64,000 bases of DNA from Owenia fusiformis (taxonomy: Eukaryota): the NCBI GenBank assembly GCA_903813345.2, contig CAIIXF020000001.1, positions 34,596,001-34,660,000 on the forward strand, read 5' to 3'. The translations under genes were made by a program, and so were the position numbers. Shown here piece after piece: positions 25,801 to 38,500 of the stretch; within the stretch, counting starts at the first letter, position 1, and every line of letters starts with the position of its first letter. The notes beneath the pieces are model-generated. The model was not told where the DNA came from. It saw only the letters and a list, made by a program, of their open reading frames with translations, and searched no databases.

Positions 25801-26847
25801 ACCTCACTGGTATTAGGTCACCAGCAGAAGTGGTAACATATTGTTACAGTCTCCAGCTTTCTTGTGAATGGTGTTCGACAGTTGGCGTTTTGCATCTGTA
25901 ACAAATGGCAGGTGGTGACATTTTGCATGCTAATGCCTTATCTGCTTAGCATTATTTGGCCATATTTGAGTTATAACACTGTCAATCATATTGCTGAGTG
26001 CAAAGCCTTTTATTTTAACTTGCATGTTGTCTTCAATAAAGATACATGTATTAATATTTCTCCACAGGGCAACTCCAACAGTATATCAACAGTAGATGTA
26101 TCTGCAGGGTATGTCGGACTAGACTCCTACTCCCCCTCTGTTATTGGTGTGCTAATGGGGGTTAGCACATATGCTGGACCTCTATTCTGGATGTTGGCCC
26201 TGCTGTGTACGCAAACCAGTCTGTCTCAGGATAAATCTCAGAAGTGTACTCAAAATTATAACTCCCCACACGAGTAAGTTACTCCAAGGCATATAATTAG
26301 ATTCTTATAGTTGGTCCCATAATTTTCTCTAGATTCCATATTTTTAAGACTCGAGATGATGAGGCCTTATTTATATAAAGCCAGTGGTATATCAGGATTT
26401 TGATGGCAGGTACGCGAGGCTGAAGGCCGAGCAAAACTAGGGGGTCTGGGGGCATACCCCCCGAATTTTTTTAAATTTTAGACCTTAAATGGTGCGTTCT
26501 GAGCGATATCAAACTGTGCAATGGGGCACTTCTCAATCATTTAGGGTACGCAAATGTGTACCCTCACGTATGCCTGGTTATGCACCTGAAAGCTGACCAA
26601 ATATTTTTCAGTCTATAGATGTACTTATAAATCCTTCCTTTTTGTTTTCAGTTATCTTGTAATAGGTCTTACCTTGACAATGTGCCGAACAATGACTCTA
26701 TGTGTATTCACAGTCCTAGCTACTCTCCAGAGATACCACCTGTTTGTGTGGACTGTGTTCTCACCTAAACTACTCTATGAGGCCATGTTCACATTGGTTA
26801 TAGTGCTAGTGACATTGTTGTATGCCATTTGTGCCTGGGTTAGCTGA
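19824..26847 (+). CDS. PIGG: GPI ethanolamine phosphate transferase 2 (PIG-G/GPI7), 11 coding exons, 1013 aa
   Basis: Exons with GT-AG borders and consistent phases: 19824-20162, 20565-20774, 21106-21294, 22327-22468, 22925-23137, 23227-23447, 23612-24474, 24960-25148, 25350-25623, 26068-26273, 26652-26847 (3042 nt, TGA stop). Alkaline-phosphatase-superfamily motifs IDALR, PTVTMPRIKALMTG, FYGDDTW, HYLGLDHIGH, GDHGM..GSHGG, QIDLVPT. The motifs SSFIEEEHQTWYF, FYQGNSNSISTVD and RYHLFVWTVFSPKLLYE favour PIGG over PIGO/PIGN. Confidence 0.95.
21364..22182. mobile_element. Old Tc1/mariner-like MITE filling most of PIGG intron 3
   Basis: TA|CAGGCTGTCGGGCCAAAA...TTTTTTGGAACACCCTG|TA imperfect TIRs. 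Confidence 0.5.
24581..24855. mobile_element. Palindromic MITE in PIGG intron 7
   Basis: GGGACTAT..CCCGCTGACATTGTGAGC..CTCATGTTAGAAGCGGG is inverted at CCCGCTTCTAACATGAG..GCGATGTCAGTGGGG..ATAGTCCC. Confidence 0.7.
26382..26588. mobile_element. hAT5-like MITE in PIGG intron 10
   Basis: CAGTGGTATATCAGG...CCTGGTTATGCACCTG imperfect TIRs; TSD AAAGC on both sides. Confidence 0.7.
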
Positions 26848-27028
26848 CATGTGTGAATTGGCATAGGAGTATTCAATGCTACAAGAATCATCAAAGTACA
26901 GGCTGGGCCAAAAAATATTACCCATTTTGAATGTCCACGATTATAAGGCTAAATTTTTGGCTCACCCTGTATAAGAGGTTGACTCAGTGTTTCACACTAA
27001 ATTCCACACAAATATAAAATTCATTTTT

Positions 27029-29389
27029 ATGTCCCCACCACATAGTGTGGGGCCATATTGTCGGCCTAGGCGCGTCCGTCCGTCTGTCTGTCCGTCTGTC
27101 CGTACGTCCGGGAGTTTTCTCCAAAACCGCTACAGATATCACCTTCAAATTTTCAGGGATAACTTATGAGTGCATACAGATGTGGATGAAAAAAAATTAA
27201 CTCGATACCAACTTCCTGTCGGCCATTTTGAAGTCAAATGCTAAAATCCTTGTCTGCAAACTTTAAGAAAAACGGCTTCACAGTTGCTTTTAAAACTTTA
27301 ACATCTTGTTCAGCTCACTTCATTCTAGATCTGATTAGGTTTTGGACCTGTAAGCTCAGTCATGTCAGCCATTTTGAATGTTTTAAGAAAAGTTAGCGCA
27401 CGATAATACTTTGTATCATATTGAATGGTGTTATTCAGTTTTCATACTTAAACTATTTAGTAGCTTTATAAATAATTTCAGGTGTACTTTGTTGTAAAGT
27501 CTTGTCTACACGTTTTCAGGTGAACCATTTGGTGGATCAATTTCAAATTTTCAGGGATGATTCTTAGTATGAAAATCTAGATCTGATTAGTTTTGGGGCA
27601 TTCTGGGTAAATGTCAAGGCAGCCATTTTGGATTTTCCATCCTAAAATCTTGTTTGTAAAGTCTTGTCTACGCATTTTCAGGTGAACCGTTTGGTAGATC
27701 AATTTCAAATTTTCAGGGATGATTCTCAGTATGAAAATCTAGATCTGATTAGTTTTTGGGCATTCTGGGTAAATGTCAAGGCAGCCATTTTGGATTTTCC
27801 GTCCTCAAATCTTGTCTGTAAAGTCTTTTCTACGCATTTCCAGGTGAACCGTTTGGTAGATCAATTTCAAATTTTCAGGGATGATTCTCAGTATGAAAAT
27901 CTAGATCTCATTAGTTTTTATGCATTCTGGATAAATGTCAAGGCAGCCATTTTGGATTTTCCGTCTTAAAATCTTGCCCGTAAAGTCTTGTCTACGCGTT
28001 TTTAGGTGAACCGTTTGGTAGATCAATTTTCAAGTTTTCAGGGATGATTCTTAGTATGAAAATCTAGATCTGATTAGTTTTTGGGCATTCTGGGTAAATG
28101 TCAAGGCAGCCATTTTGGATTTTCTGTCCTAAAATCTCGTCTGTAAAGTATTGTCTACGCATTTCCAGGTGAACCGTTTGGTAGATCAATTTCAAATTTT
28201 CAGGGATGATTCTTAGTATCACAGGCTGGTATCGAAATATTTGTCCGCTGTGACGGAGCATGCTATTTTTCATAAAAACACTAAGAATACTTCACGATTT
28301 ATTTTTTAACTCATATGTTTCGTTATACCATACAAAATTACTTACTCCATGCAATGGATATATCATTTGCGGGTAACTTTCACTTCTGTTTGAAGTCCAA
28401 TTACGTTGGGAAGAAAAGCTATTGAAAATGGCGCCGGAGTATCATACTTCAAAATGTACCATTTCTTGTTTAACTTTCTAATGGCACGATATAGTGACAC
28501 GATAATATTTACACATGGTTTCAGCATAACTATGAAGGTATAAATGAGATGTTGGTGTATTTGGTCTTTTTAATTCTTTTATAAAAAATAATGTTTAATT
28601 TTTTTGTCCGCTGTGACGGAGCAGTTGCAAATGTGAACTGTGAAAATGCTCCGTCACAGCGGACAAAAAATATTAATATTATTTTTTATAAAAAAATTAA
28701 AAAGACCCAATGCATTGATATCTCATTAATACATTCAGAGTTATGCTTAAAACACATGTTAATATTATCGTGTCACTATATCATGCCATTAAAAAGTTAA
28801 AAAAGAAATGGTACATTTTAGAGTTTGATACACTGGCGCAGTTTTCAATAGATTTTACTCCTAGCGTTATTGGACTTCAAACAGAAGTGAAGGTTACACG
28901 CAAATTATATATCCATTGCATGGAGTAAGTAATTATCTTTGATATAACGAAACATATGAGTTAAAAAATAAATCGTGAAGCATTCTTAGTGTTTTTATGA
29001 AAAATAGCATGCTCCGTCACAGCGGACAAATCTTTCGATACCAGCCTGTGAGTATGAAAATCTAGATCTGATTAGTTTTTGGGCATTCTGGGTAAATGTC
29101 AAGGCAGCCATTTTGGATTTTCGGTCCTCAAATCTTGTCTGTAAAGTCTTGTTTACATGTTTTCTGGTTAACTGTGTGACGGATCAATTTCAAATTTTCA
29201 GGGGTGCTTCTTAGTATGAAAATCTAGAACTGACTAATTTTTTGGCATTCTGGGTAAATTTTAAGGTGGCCATATTGGATTTTCCATCCTCAAATTGTGT
29301 CGTTAAAGTCTTGTCTACTCATTTTTAGGATAACCATTTGATGGGATCACCCATAGGTGGGGACATTTTGTACACATTTGTGTTCTTGT
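27029..29389 (+). mobile_element. HINE/Helentron-like element with (GTCY)n microsatellite and internal 162-bp tandem array
   Basis: 5' subTIR ATGTCCCCACC plus adjacent inverted repeat, GTCC/GTCT microsatellite at about 27073-27108, 162-bp units (GTCTT at 27499, 27661, 27823), 3' subTIR GGTGGGGACAT (29356-29366), hairpin ACACATTTGTGT, T-rich flanks. Confidence 0.9.
28220..29050. mobile_element. Foldback MITE (about 830-bp palindrome), CAC termini, 5-bp TSD
   Basis: CACAGGCTGGTATCGAAA...TTTCGATACCAGCCTGTG with arms complementary over about 400 bp. TSD AGTAT at 28215-28219 and 29051-29055 is confirmed by uninterrupted neighbouring satellite units (GATTCTTAGTATGAAAATC). Confidence 0.92.
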
Positions 29390-29400
29390 ATTTATATATA

Positions 29401-30393
29401 TAGGGTGTCTCAAAAAAATGTACCCAAAAGTATATCAACACCATAGACAAACCAATCAATATTTTCAGACATTTTTTGCATGGTCTTGTAGATAAAAGAT
29501 GAAAGTTTTTTCCCCTATACACAGTTTTTAAATCAGTTTTGCCTTATTTATACTTTAACCCGTTACCTTTTACACCACATATTCAATGTAACCTCATAAA
29601 TTCAATGACAGTCTGCATCCTTACTACTACATTGTTCATCACATTTGATATTTCTGGTGGAATGTTTTGATTTCTGTTCGGATGCTGGTCTTAAGTTGTT
29701 CTAGGTCTCTTAGCTTGGGTTTAGCATAAAAATTGTCCTTCAAATAACCTCAGAGAAAAAAGTATGGGCCGTCAAATATGGTGAATAGGGCGACTCTCAC
29801 AATGTCGTATAGCCCCCTTATACAGAGAGGTCAGAGGTTCAAGACAATGCATTGGTTGGGATTCTAGTGTAGCTTTTGTTGTGTGTATCAATTTGAGACC
29901 ACTGTGTTTTCATTTGGATATCATTTGGTCTTCAGGCTAGCCTGCCTAACCCTGGAAGGTAACTCCTGAATCATTTGCAGATAATTGACCTGAATATCTG
30001 TGTTTGTCCTGCCATCGTCATCCTCAAACCTCTTTCTCTGTGGCTATTTGAAGGTATGTTTTAATGCTCATTCCAAGCAAAAAGACCTAGACCAACTTAA
30101 GGGCAACATCCAAAGAGAAATCCAAAACATTCAACTGGAATTATTATCAAATGTGATGAACAATGTAGCACTAAGGATACAGGCTGTCATCAAAATATGA
30201 GGTAACATCGATTATGTGGTGTAAAAGGTAAAGGGTTAAAGCATCAAAAAGACAAGACTGAAATGAAAATGGTGTATTGGGGAGAAAACTTTCATGTTTT
30301 GGCTACATGACCATGCAAAAAATGTCTGAAAATATTGATTGGTTTATCTGTACTCTTGATATACTTTTGGGTACATTTTTTTGAGACACCCTG
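29401..30393. mobile_element. Tc1/mariner-derived foldback element made of two transposase 3' ends
   Basis: TIRs (C/T)AGGGTGTCTCAAAAAAATGTACCCAAAAG within TA runs. The right arm reads LFLCGYLK...DLDQLKGNIQREIQNI...VMNNVALRIQAVI; the left arm carries the same decayed segment on the minus strand. Confidence 0.85.
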
Positions 30394-31229
30394 TATATAT
30401 AATTTTTATATAATTGTTAGTGAAACAGACTTTTTGAAAACGTGAATTTTCTTCACAAAATTAATAGCATTCAAAAATACTGAGAGTAAAGTATTTGTTC
30501 TTTTGATTAACCTCTTGACTACCCAAAGTCACACCGATTTTAGAACCTGGGATTCAAGAGGTTAAAGAAGCTGTGTAGAATTTTGCAAAACACATGTGGT
30601 GAGTTCTAAGAGTAAGAGGACCAATACAATGATTATCTGATTGAGGTTCTTGAAAGTATTTCACATCTTTCACACATTCGCCATCTATACTGGAAGAACA
30701 AATTAAAATAAATATTTTGATTCATTTTTAAATAAAATTCTATTTATTGTTCTCTAAATTCATTAATAGATCTATTTTTGTTAATCATTGAAAAAAACAT
30801 TTTAAGTAACAAAATTATAAATACAAAGTTTCATAAATTGGGCAATATGTATATTAATATTTGATTCACAATTCCTCAAATGTATAATTGAAAAAAGATT
30901 TGCTTGATATTGTGGCATGTCCCTGATATAAAGGTTACGAGGTCTTACTCCTGTTCATACATTATACTGGCCAAGCATAAAAGTCTTCTACATTTTCTAT
31001 ACATTGCATATTGCCCATTTGAATAATGAAGAAAAACTTGCTAACTGAAATCTTCAAAACGTAGTAACTTTCACCCAATGACCCATGCAATATAATCAAT
31101 AAAATTGCTAAGAGTAGTTTTGAACCAAATTGTATAGCACTTTCATACTGGAAAAATTATATCACAATAGATGTAAAGTTTTCCATTAAACAGTTTTAAA
31201 TTGCACAAAGAGGAAAAAAAGAAAATTCA

Positions 31230-32228
31230 TGAAAATTATCTGCAAACCAGAACAATGGCCACCTTCTACCCAAAATGTCATAAGACAGTATGCAATGCTT
31301 ATGAGTATTCATATATTGAATATGAACAAAATCGCTTTATTACTTTTTGAGTTATAATAAAAAATGTAAAATTAACACACATAAAAATGGTGGCCATTTT
31401 TCAAAATAGCGGACTACTCCCCAAAGTTTTATTAGACAATGTGCCATGCTTAAAGTATTCACATATCAGATATTAACAAAATCGCTCCACTACTTTTCAA
31501 GTTATAGTAGAAAATGTAAAAATGACAGCCATTTTTTAAAATGGCCGCCTACTATCCGAAGTGTCATGAGACAGTGTGCAAGGCTCATGAGTGTTCACAT
31601 ATCAAATACTAACAAAATCGCTTCTCTACTTTTCAAGTTATAGTAAAAAAAACGTTAAAATGATCGCCATTTTTCAAAATGGCCGCCTACTACCCAAAGT
31701 GTCATTAGACAGTGTGCCATGCTTATACACGTAGTATTCACATACCAAATATGGACAAAATCGCTCCACTACTTTTCTAGTAATAGTAAAATACGTTAAA
31801 AAGTGTCTTTAGACAGTGTGCAATGCTTATAGTATTCACATGCCAAATATGAACAAAATTGCAAAAATCGTAAAATAACGAGTAAAGGCCGCCATTTTTC
31901 AAGATGGCTGCCATGTGCTTCTTTATTATCTACATTTCTAGCTTTATTAATGTCCTATATAATTTTTTTACATTTAAAACATATTGCTATTACAGTTTTA
32001 CATATTGCACCTAAATTACTGTAAAATCTGCACTAAAATGGCCGCCATTTTTAAATGAGCAGCCATTTTGAAAATTGGCTTTCGAGCAGAACTTCTATCC
32101 CCATAGGGTATATGTGTACAAAATATGAACAAAATCAGGCCAACAATATTTGAGTTATTGCCCAGACGGACGGACAGACGGATGGAGGCGTTCCCTATAT
32201 CCCTCCGAACTTCGTTCGATGGGATAAA
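31230..32228 (-). mobile_element. HINE-like element with roughly 140-150-bp tandem units, downstream of the GET3 stop
   Basis: Repeated AAAATGGCCGCC..TACCCAAAGTGTCAT..GACAGTGTGC units, (GGAC/AGAC)n at 32165-32185 and terminal ATCCCTCCGAACTTCGTTCGATGGGAT like the 43655-43682 end. Confidence 0.75.
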
Positions 32229-32549
32229 AATGTATCTCAACAGAATTATATATTTCATATTTACCAGATCATACTGTACCATTCTTCACATGTACCAACG
32301 TCAACAAAACCTTTTGAAGGTAAACATCATCAAAGACATTATGGAAAATAAAATTGATGACAAACAACACAGTGTGTTCGCCACATGTGACCAATCTATA
32401 GAAAGGATATTTGGCATTCAAAATCTGAACTTTAAAAAGTTACTGTCCTGGACACATGTTTCAGAGGTGCATTGTTTGGCTTCCAAGCTCTACTGCAGGT
32501 GTGTAATAAATCCCATATCAAATAATATTTCTTATTCTCCTTTATTACC

Positions 32550-35500
32550 CTATGTTCCATTCACAGTACTTGTCTCTGGGTCATAAGGATGGATTAAAAG
32601 TTCTGAGAACTCTTTGACATGTTTTATTCCACGCACCTCATGATCTAAGAGTGGCATTTTAACTATGTGGAAGTCCTCATAAAGATCCTCTATCTGAAAA
32701 AAACAATTTAAAAATAAATTTACAAAAAGTTAATTGAAACAAGGCAGCAACAAGGTGTTAACATGCGAAATGTCACCACCTACCATTTGTTATAGATGCC
32801 AATTACCAAACAACAACCGCCAAACACCATTCACAAAAAAGTTGGAGATGATAACAATGTCACCACTTGTGGGGTGACATTAAATGCCATCACCTGGTCC
32901 CATCACCAGGTTGCAAATACAAATGTACATTCATATGCAGAACACCAATCACAACAAGGTACATTATATAATTTGTAATTTTGAAAAGGAGCCAGAGCAT
33001 AACATTTTACCAAGAAATAGCAAGATTTTCGCACAATTTAGGGGTATATCAGTGACTGTTGGTAATTGTATATCATTGGATGAGACATGAAGTTTAGGGA
33101 TTTCTTGAAAAAAGAAAACATTGCTCTCCAGACTTTAGCTTGAATTACAATCCACCTACCTGATCAAGATATTTGGATTGGATTCTATGTCTCGAAGCAC
33201 ACAATCCACACGGTTTCTCTCCCTTTTTCTTAAACAATAACTGGTTGACTATAACATTGTGAGTGTCTATACCAGTCTTTGTTAGTTCTTGTACTAGGCG
33301 TTCAGTCTCATAAAGGGAGAGAAACTCAGCTATGCAAACACACACAAATGTTGTCTGGTCCTGAAAATATCAAATAGCAAAATATATATTGAGTTCAATT
33401 TACATTTAAAGGGACATTCCTCGCCAGACCATTTCTCTCCTGATATGGTAGCTATAATCAATAAATATACTTTCCACATTTAGCAAAACATGGGAAAATG
33501 TTTTAATATGGTCAATATGGATCATTTAAAAATGTAGTGCTCATTTCCAGTGAGCTGCCATCTTTCAAGATTTCTTGCAGGAAGTGATGTCATCAACTCC
33601 CAACTTATATAAGCTTCCCCATAACAGTGTAGGAAAGTAGCACAAAATTACTTCTAGACAAGTGATCCTTAATTTCTGTGCAAAAACATTTTCAGAGCTT
33701 GTCAACTTAGAATAAAAGAAGAGAATTTCAGAAGAATTAAATCAGATACAAAATTGAAAAAGAATATTCAGCTGTTTTTGTAATTCTTAATAGCTCCTTC
33801 CCTAATGCTATATGCAAAGTTGAGAGTCGACGACAACACTTCCTGAGTGGAATCTTAAATAAAAGATGGCAGCCTAGTGGAATTGAGTACTACATTTATA
33901 AGTGTTCAATTTTGACCATATCTAAACATTTTCACTGCTTTGCTAAACATGGCAAGTATACATATGGTTATAGCTACTATATGAGGAGAGAGATGGTTTG
34001 GCAAGGAATATCCCTTTAAGAGTCCTGCACAAACTATAAAGAGCATATTTTATTTGTTCTCATCTTACTTCTCAACCATTTAATTCGCTGGATTTGAAAA
34101 GTTCAATTTTATAAATCTGATTCTTTGAAAAAAAGGAGTGATTCTGTCATCAAAAAGTCAAAAAAGCATTCTATGCATATCTGTATTCTGCCAGCACAGG
34201 CACAAAGCTACAACTTGGCAGAATACTAACTAGAAAAACAGCAACTCTACGGAGTAGTAAATCCCACCGAACAAAAAATGTTTTGATAAATAGCTGCCAT
34301 ATAAAGTTTGAGCCAAATCCATCCACTGGTATTTGAATTATCAAAGATTATGTTTTTATATATACCAAGGCATCATAATATACAATTTAATCCAAATCCA
34401 TCAACTGGTACTTGAGTTACCAAGAATTACATGTTTAATGAAAAATGGTCCAATGGTATTTGAGTTATCAAAGATTACCTTTTATATGAATAAATAGTAC
34501 CGTGGGTACTGGGCTCACATGGTGTTGCTCAAAACTGAATGATGGCTAAAATGGCAGAAAATAAAAACGGATATAATTTTTTGCCAATTTTTTGTAACAA
34601 AATTATTTCATGCAACTACTCTTTACAATGACATGGCTTTTTACAATGCAGGACACCTGAAAGTTTTTGTAAAGCTAGGAAATGAGCCAAAAGTGAATTT
34701 TGCGAGACAAAAATGGCGACCATTTTGAAAATAAGTGAGCTTTTGAACCAGGAGTCATAGGGGAGTTTTCTGTATTATTAGAGAGATTTCGCACCTAGTG
34801 AAAGTACAACTTATAACGTATACTTATACTTATAGGTAAACGTACAAGGTGTTTCATAATGTGAGCTTTTCGTCAGGAAAGATCTTCTCGGACTGTAATA
34901 AATACAGGTCAAAGGGATGCCATTTGTACTTTCTTGAATTGTAGCATGTTTAGTTGATCCAAATGTGTTTGTCTAGAATAAAATAGGCTCATATATAGTA
35001 CATATGTTATAGACCCATCTCTTCTCAAATTGACTTGTTGGAGATGCTCGTTATGAAACACCCTGTATGTCATATGTTGAGCTACTGAATGGGTCGTTTC
35101 CAGGAATTGCTAGAACCTACTGGTTTGATTGGTGTTTCAAATTGATGGTTGAAGTATTTGATTGGATACTGTTCCCACTCAGCCAATTAATTTTAAAAAA
35201 TGCTTGCGGTCAATTGTTCCACACACATGTAGGCAAATCTTTATACGGAGATCCAACTGTATACGTTATCATCTACGTAAATATGCCGTTTTGTAAGTTT
35301 ATTGAACTCCCTTCATAGTCTCTAGTTGATGGAGCTTTTCTATAACGGGAATCGTTATGTTCCATTAACTACAATTTGAAATTGATTTTAGTAAATATAA
35401 TAGTTCGACATTACCCTTTAAACTATACGTATACGTATAAGTTGTACTTTCACTTATGTGCGAAATCTCTCTATTGTTGAATAAAAATAACTTAAAGGTG

Positions 35501-38500
35501 CAATAATTAGTACAGAGGGGTCATTCAACGATCATGGACCAGTGTCAAAATATATTTAAGTTTGGATATTTCATCAAGACTAACATCTATTTTTATTATC
35601 TACAAAGAAACCCCCTAGATAAACATTATTTTAGCTGATATTCCTCTTGAAACATGGTGGATCTTAAAAATATAAAAGTGGAAGTCCCCTTTTTGAAGCT
35701 TTGAACTGAATTTACACTTCTTAATGCTGAAAATGATAATTTATCCATACATTTTAAGAAAATAGGCATGTCAAAGAAGATGTTAAACCAGATGTTGCCT
35801 TGATAGCTCAGAAAAAATGAAAAAACTTTCCTATTTTCTCTACAGTCCTTATTGCCCCTTTAAAACAGGAATCCTATCGACAGAGGTTTCAAGGCTAATG
35901 GTCCAAAAGTGGATTTCGCGAGACAGATGGACAAATCAGTGTTAACTAAAATGGCTGAAAATAAAAAAACTGAAATAATTTTTTGCCTATTTTTTGTAAC
36001 AGAATTATTTGATACAACTACTATTAACAGTGACATGGCTTTTTATAATGCAGGACACCTGAAATTATTTGTAAACCTAGGAAATGGGCCAAAAGTAAAT
36101 TTCACGAGACAAAAATGGCGACCATTTTGAAAATAAGCAAGCTTTTGAACCAGGAGTCATAGGGGAGTTTTCTGTATTGATGTTGAATAAAAATAACTTA
36201 CAACAGGAAACCTATCGACAGAGGTTTTAAGGCAAATGGTCCAAAAGTGGATTTTGCGAGACAGATGTACAAATCAATGTTAACGAAAAATGGCAGAAAA
36301 TAAAAAAACGGATATAATATTTTCATAGCCGTAGGCAGCGGGGGTTCGGTGGGTTCGAACGAACCCCCGGTCAGGATTTCCCAAAATATCATTTTGCGGA
36401 AAAATGCATATAACCAGAAATATAAGATCCCAGAGCATGAGATTTTACATTTAGAAATAACAATAATTTCGCACAATTAACTTAAATGCTGCTTCTTCTC
36501 AGACAAAATAACCCATCTTTGGCAATGGCTAAATCAGTCCTTTGTAGGAATTTTGTTTCAAGCCAGTTCTGGTCCAATACGAAGTTATTGAAAGTTATTG
36601 AAAACAATGCAGACGTCCCATACTCCGAATGACTTTTACAACATTGACGAATAAATATCTGGAATAGTTCTAATATTGATGAAACACATGTTCTTTCAAA
36701 TGTGTACATCTCTGTTTTGTTTTATTTCAATTAAAATTTAAAACATTTTTTGGGACGTCCCTGGGGCTGGCAAGTCCCCGAAATCAATTGTGTTAAGTAA
36801 TTAAAAACGTTGTGAAATGAATTATTTAAAAGTGTATATCATTCATAAACCCAAGCATTTGTTCAAATTTATTCATTCTTTCATTTGTTCTGTATTTATT
36901 TACCCATCAATTTTCAAAAGAAAATCAATGATTGCAAAAAAATGATTTTGTTTTTTCAGATACACTTCACTCATCTAAGAGATTGTATAGAATTCAAATT
37001 GTTATCGTTCCAGTTTACTTGCTCTCCATTTTCATGTTAATGTCATGATATGTTTAGCGAATAAATTATATAATAAAAAAAAATTGAAAAATCAAATGGT
37101 ATTAATCTTCAAATAATGAAGGCCTAATTTGTTATCAAGCCGTCTGAACTTAATAAAATAACCGTCGCTTGTATTTATATATGATTTATATCCACTAAAA
37201 CGTTTTTATTATCAATTGCGGTTGATCTGCTCCGGGGGACTTACCACTGAGCTCCGGGGACGTCCAAAGAAATATTTTTAACATTTTAAAACAAAGCATA
37301 ACCGAGGCCCACTTATTTGAATAATAGATATTTTTATCAGTAATACGACTATCCCGGATAGTTTAAAAAGCCTTCGTGTAAACGTTGTGTAATCTTTCGG
37401 AGTATATGGGTGGTTGCGTCAATTTCAATAACCTTGCATTTGATCCGAACTGGCTTCCAACAAAATTTTTGAAAAACAATGATAAGCCATTGCATGAGGT
37501 GATTTATTTTGTCGTAGATGAAGTAGCATAAGTTAAAGAATAAATTGTGCGAAATAGTTGATATTCCTTGGAAACAAATGATGCTCCAGGGTCTTCCAGA
37601 AATCAGACGAAATAATGGTGGATTCGGGGCAAATCAGATTTCAGGATATGTGTTCGTTTGGCTTTTTTGCACGTTGCCTGTTTATTTTACTTTGTGAACA
37701 TTAAAGTTCTTGATAAAGCCTATTACTTTCAGTAAATGAAGACATCATTTTTGTTAAATAAAAATGCAAATTCAATTGTCTACTTAACTTAATGAAGGTA
37801 CTTAAATGAATTATATTTCCCCTCCCAAAATAGTTTTTTTCTTTACAAATTATGCATAAAAGAATTCAAACCTAAAGATGCTTTAATACATAATCTAATG
37901 GGTTAGTTAGGATTGCCAAACTTTTGGAGGGAGTGTCATTGTACAACTTGCATTATTTGAGGAACCCTAATGAAGGGGGGGGGGGATTTGTGAATAACAT
38001 AAAAATAGAACCCCCGGTCACCAAATCCTGGCTACACCACTGATTTTGCCGATCTTTTGTAACAAAATTATTTGATACAACTACTTTTTACAATGACATG
38101 GCTTTTTATAATGCAGGACACCTGAAATTATTTGTAAAGCTAGGAAATGTGCCAAAAGTGAATTTCGCGAGACATAAATGGTGACCATTTTGAAAATAGG
38201 CGAGCTTTTGAACCAGGAGTCATAGGGGAGTTTTCTGTATTGATGTTGAACAATAATAACGTAAAACAGGAATCCTATCGACAGAGGTTTTAAAACGGGC
38301 AAATTGTTGACAGACAGACAGACATCATTTGTTGTTGCTGCATTTGTTGTTTCTTCATTCATTGTCTTCTTTCTTTGTCTTGATTTGATTGTGATGTTAG
38401 TTATCTTTCTTCAGGGTCCACAGACTTAACGTTTTGATCCGGCCAGAATCACGATGCCCATGTCAAGCAGCGTGCCTACTAGGCACGCAGTTTGAAACTC

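Noticed and set aside
27664..28273. ORFs with an internal 54-aa repeat
   Set aside because: Artefact of the 162-bp (multiple of three) satellite period; neighbouring units contain stops.
32125..32586. 153-aa plus-strand ORF
   Set aside because: Begins within a HINE terminus and runs antisense through the GET3 3' UTR and last exon; no recognisable motifs.
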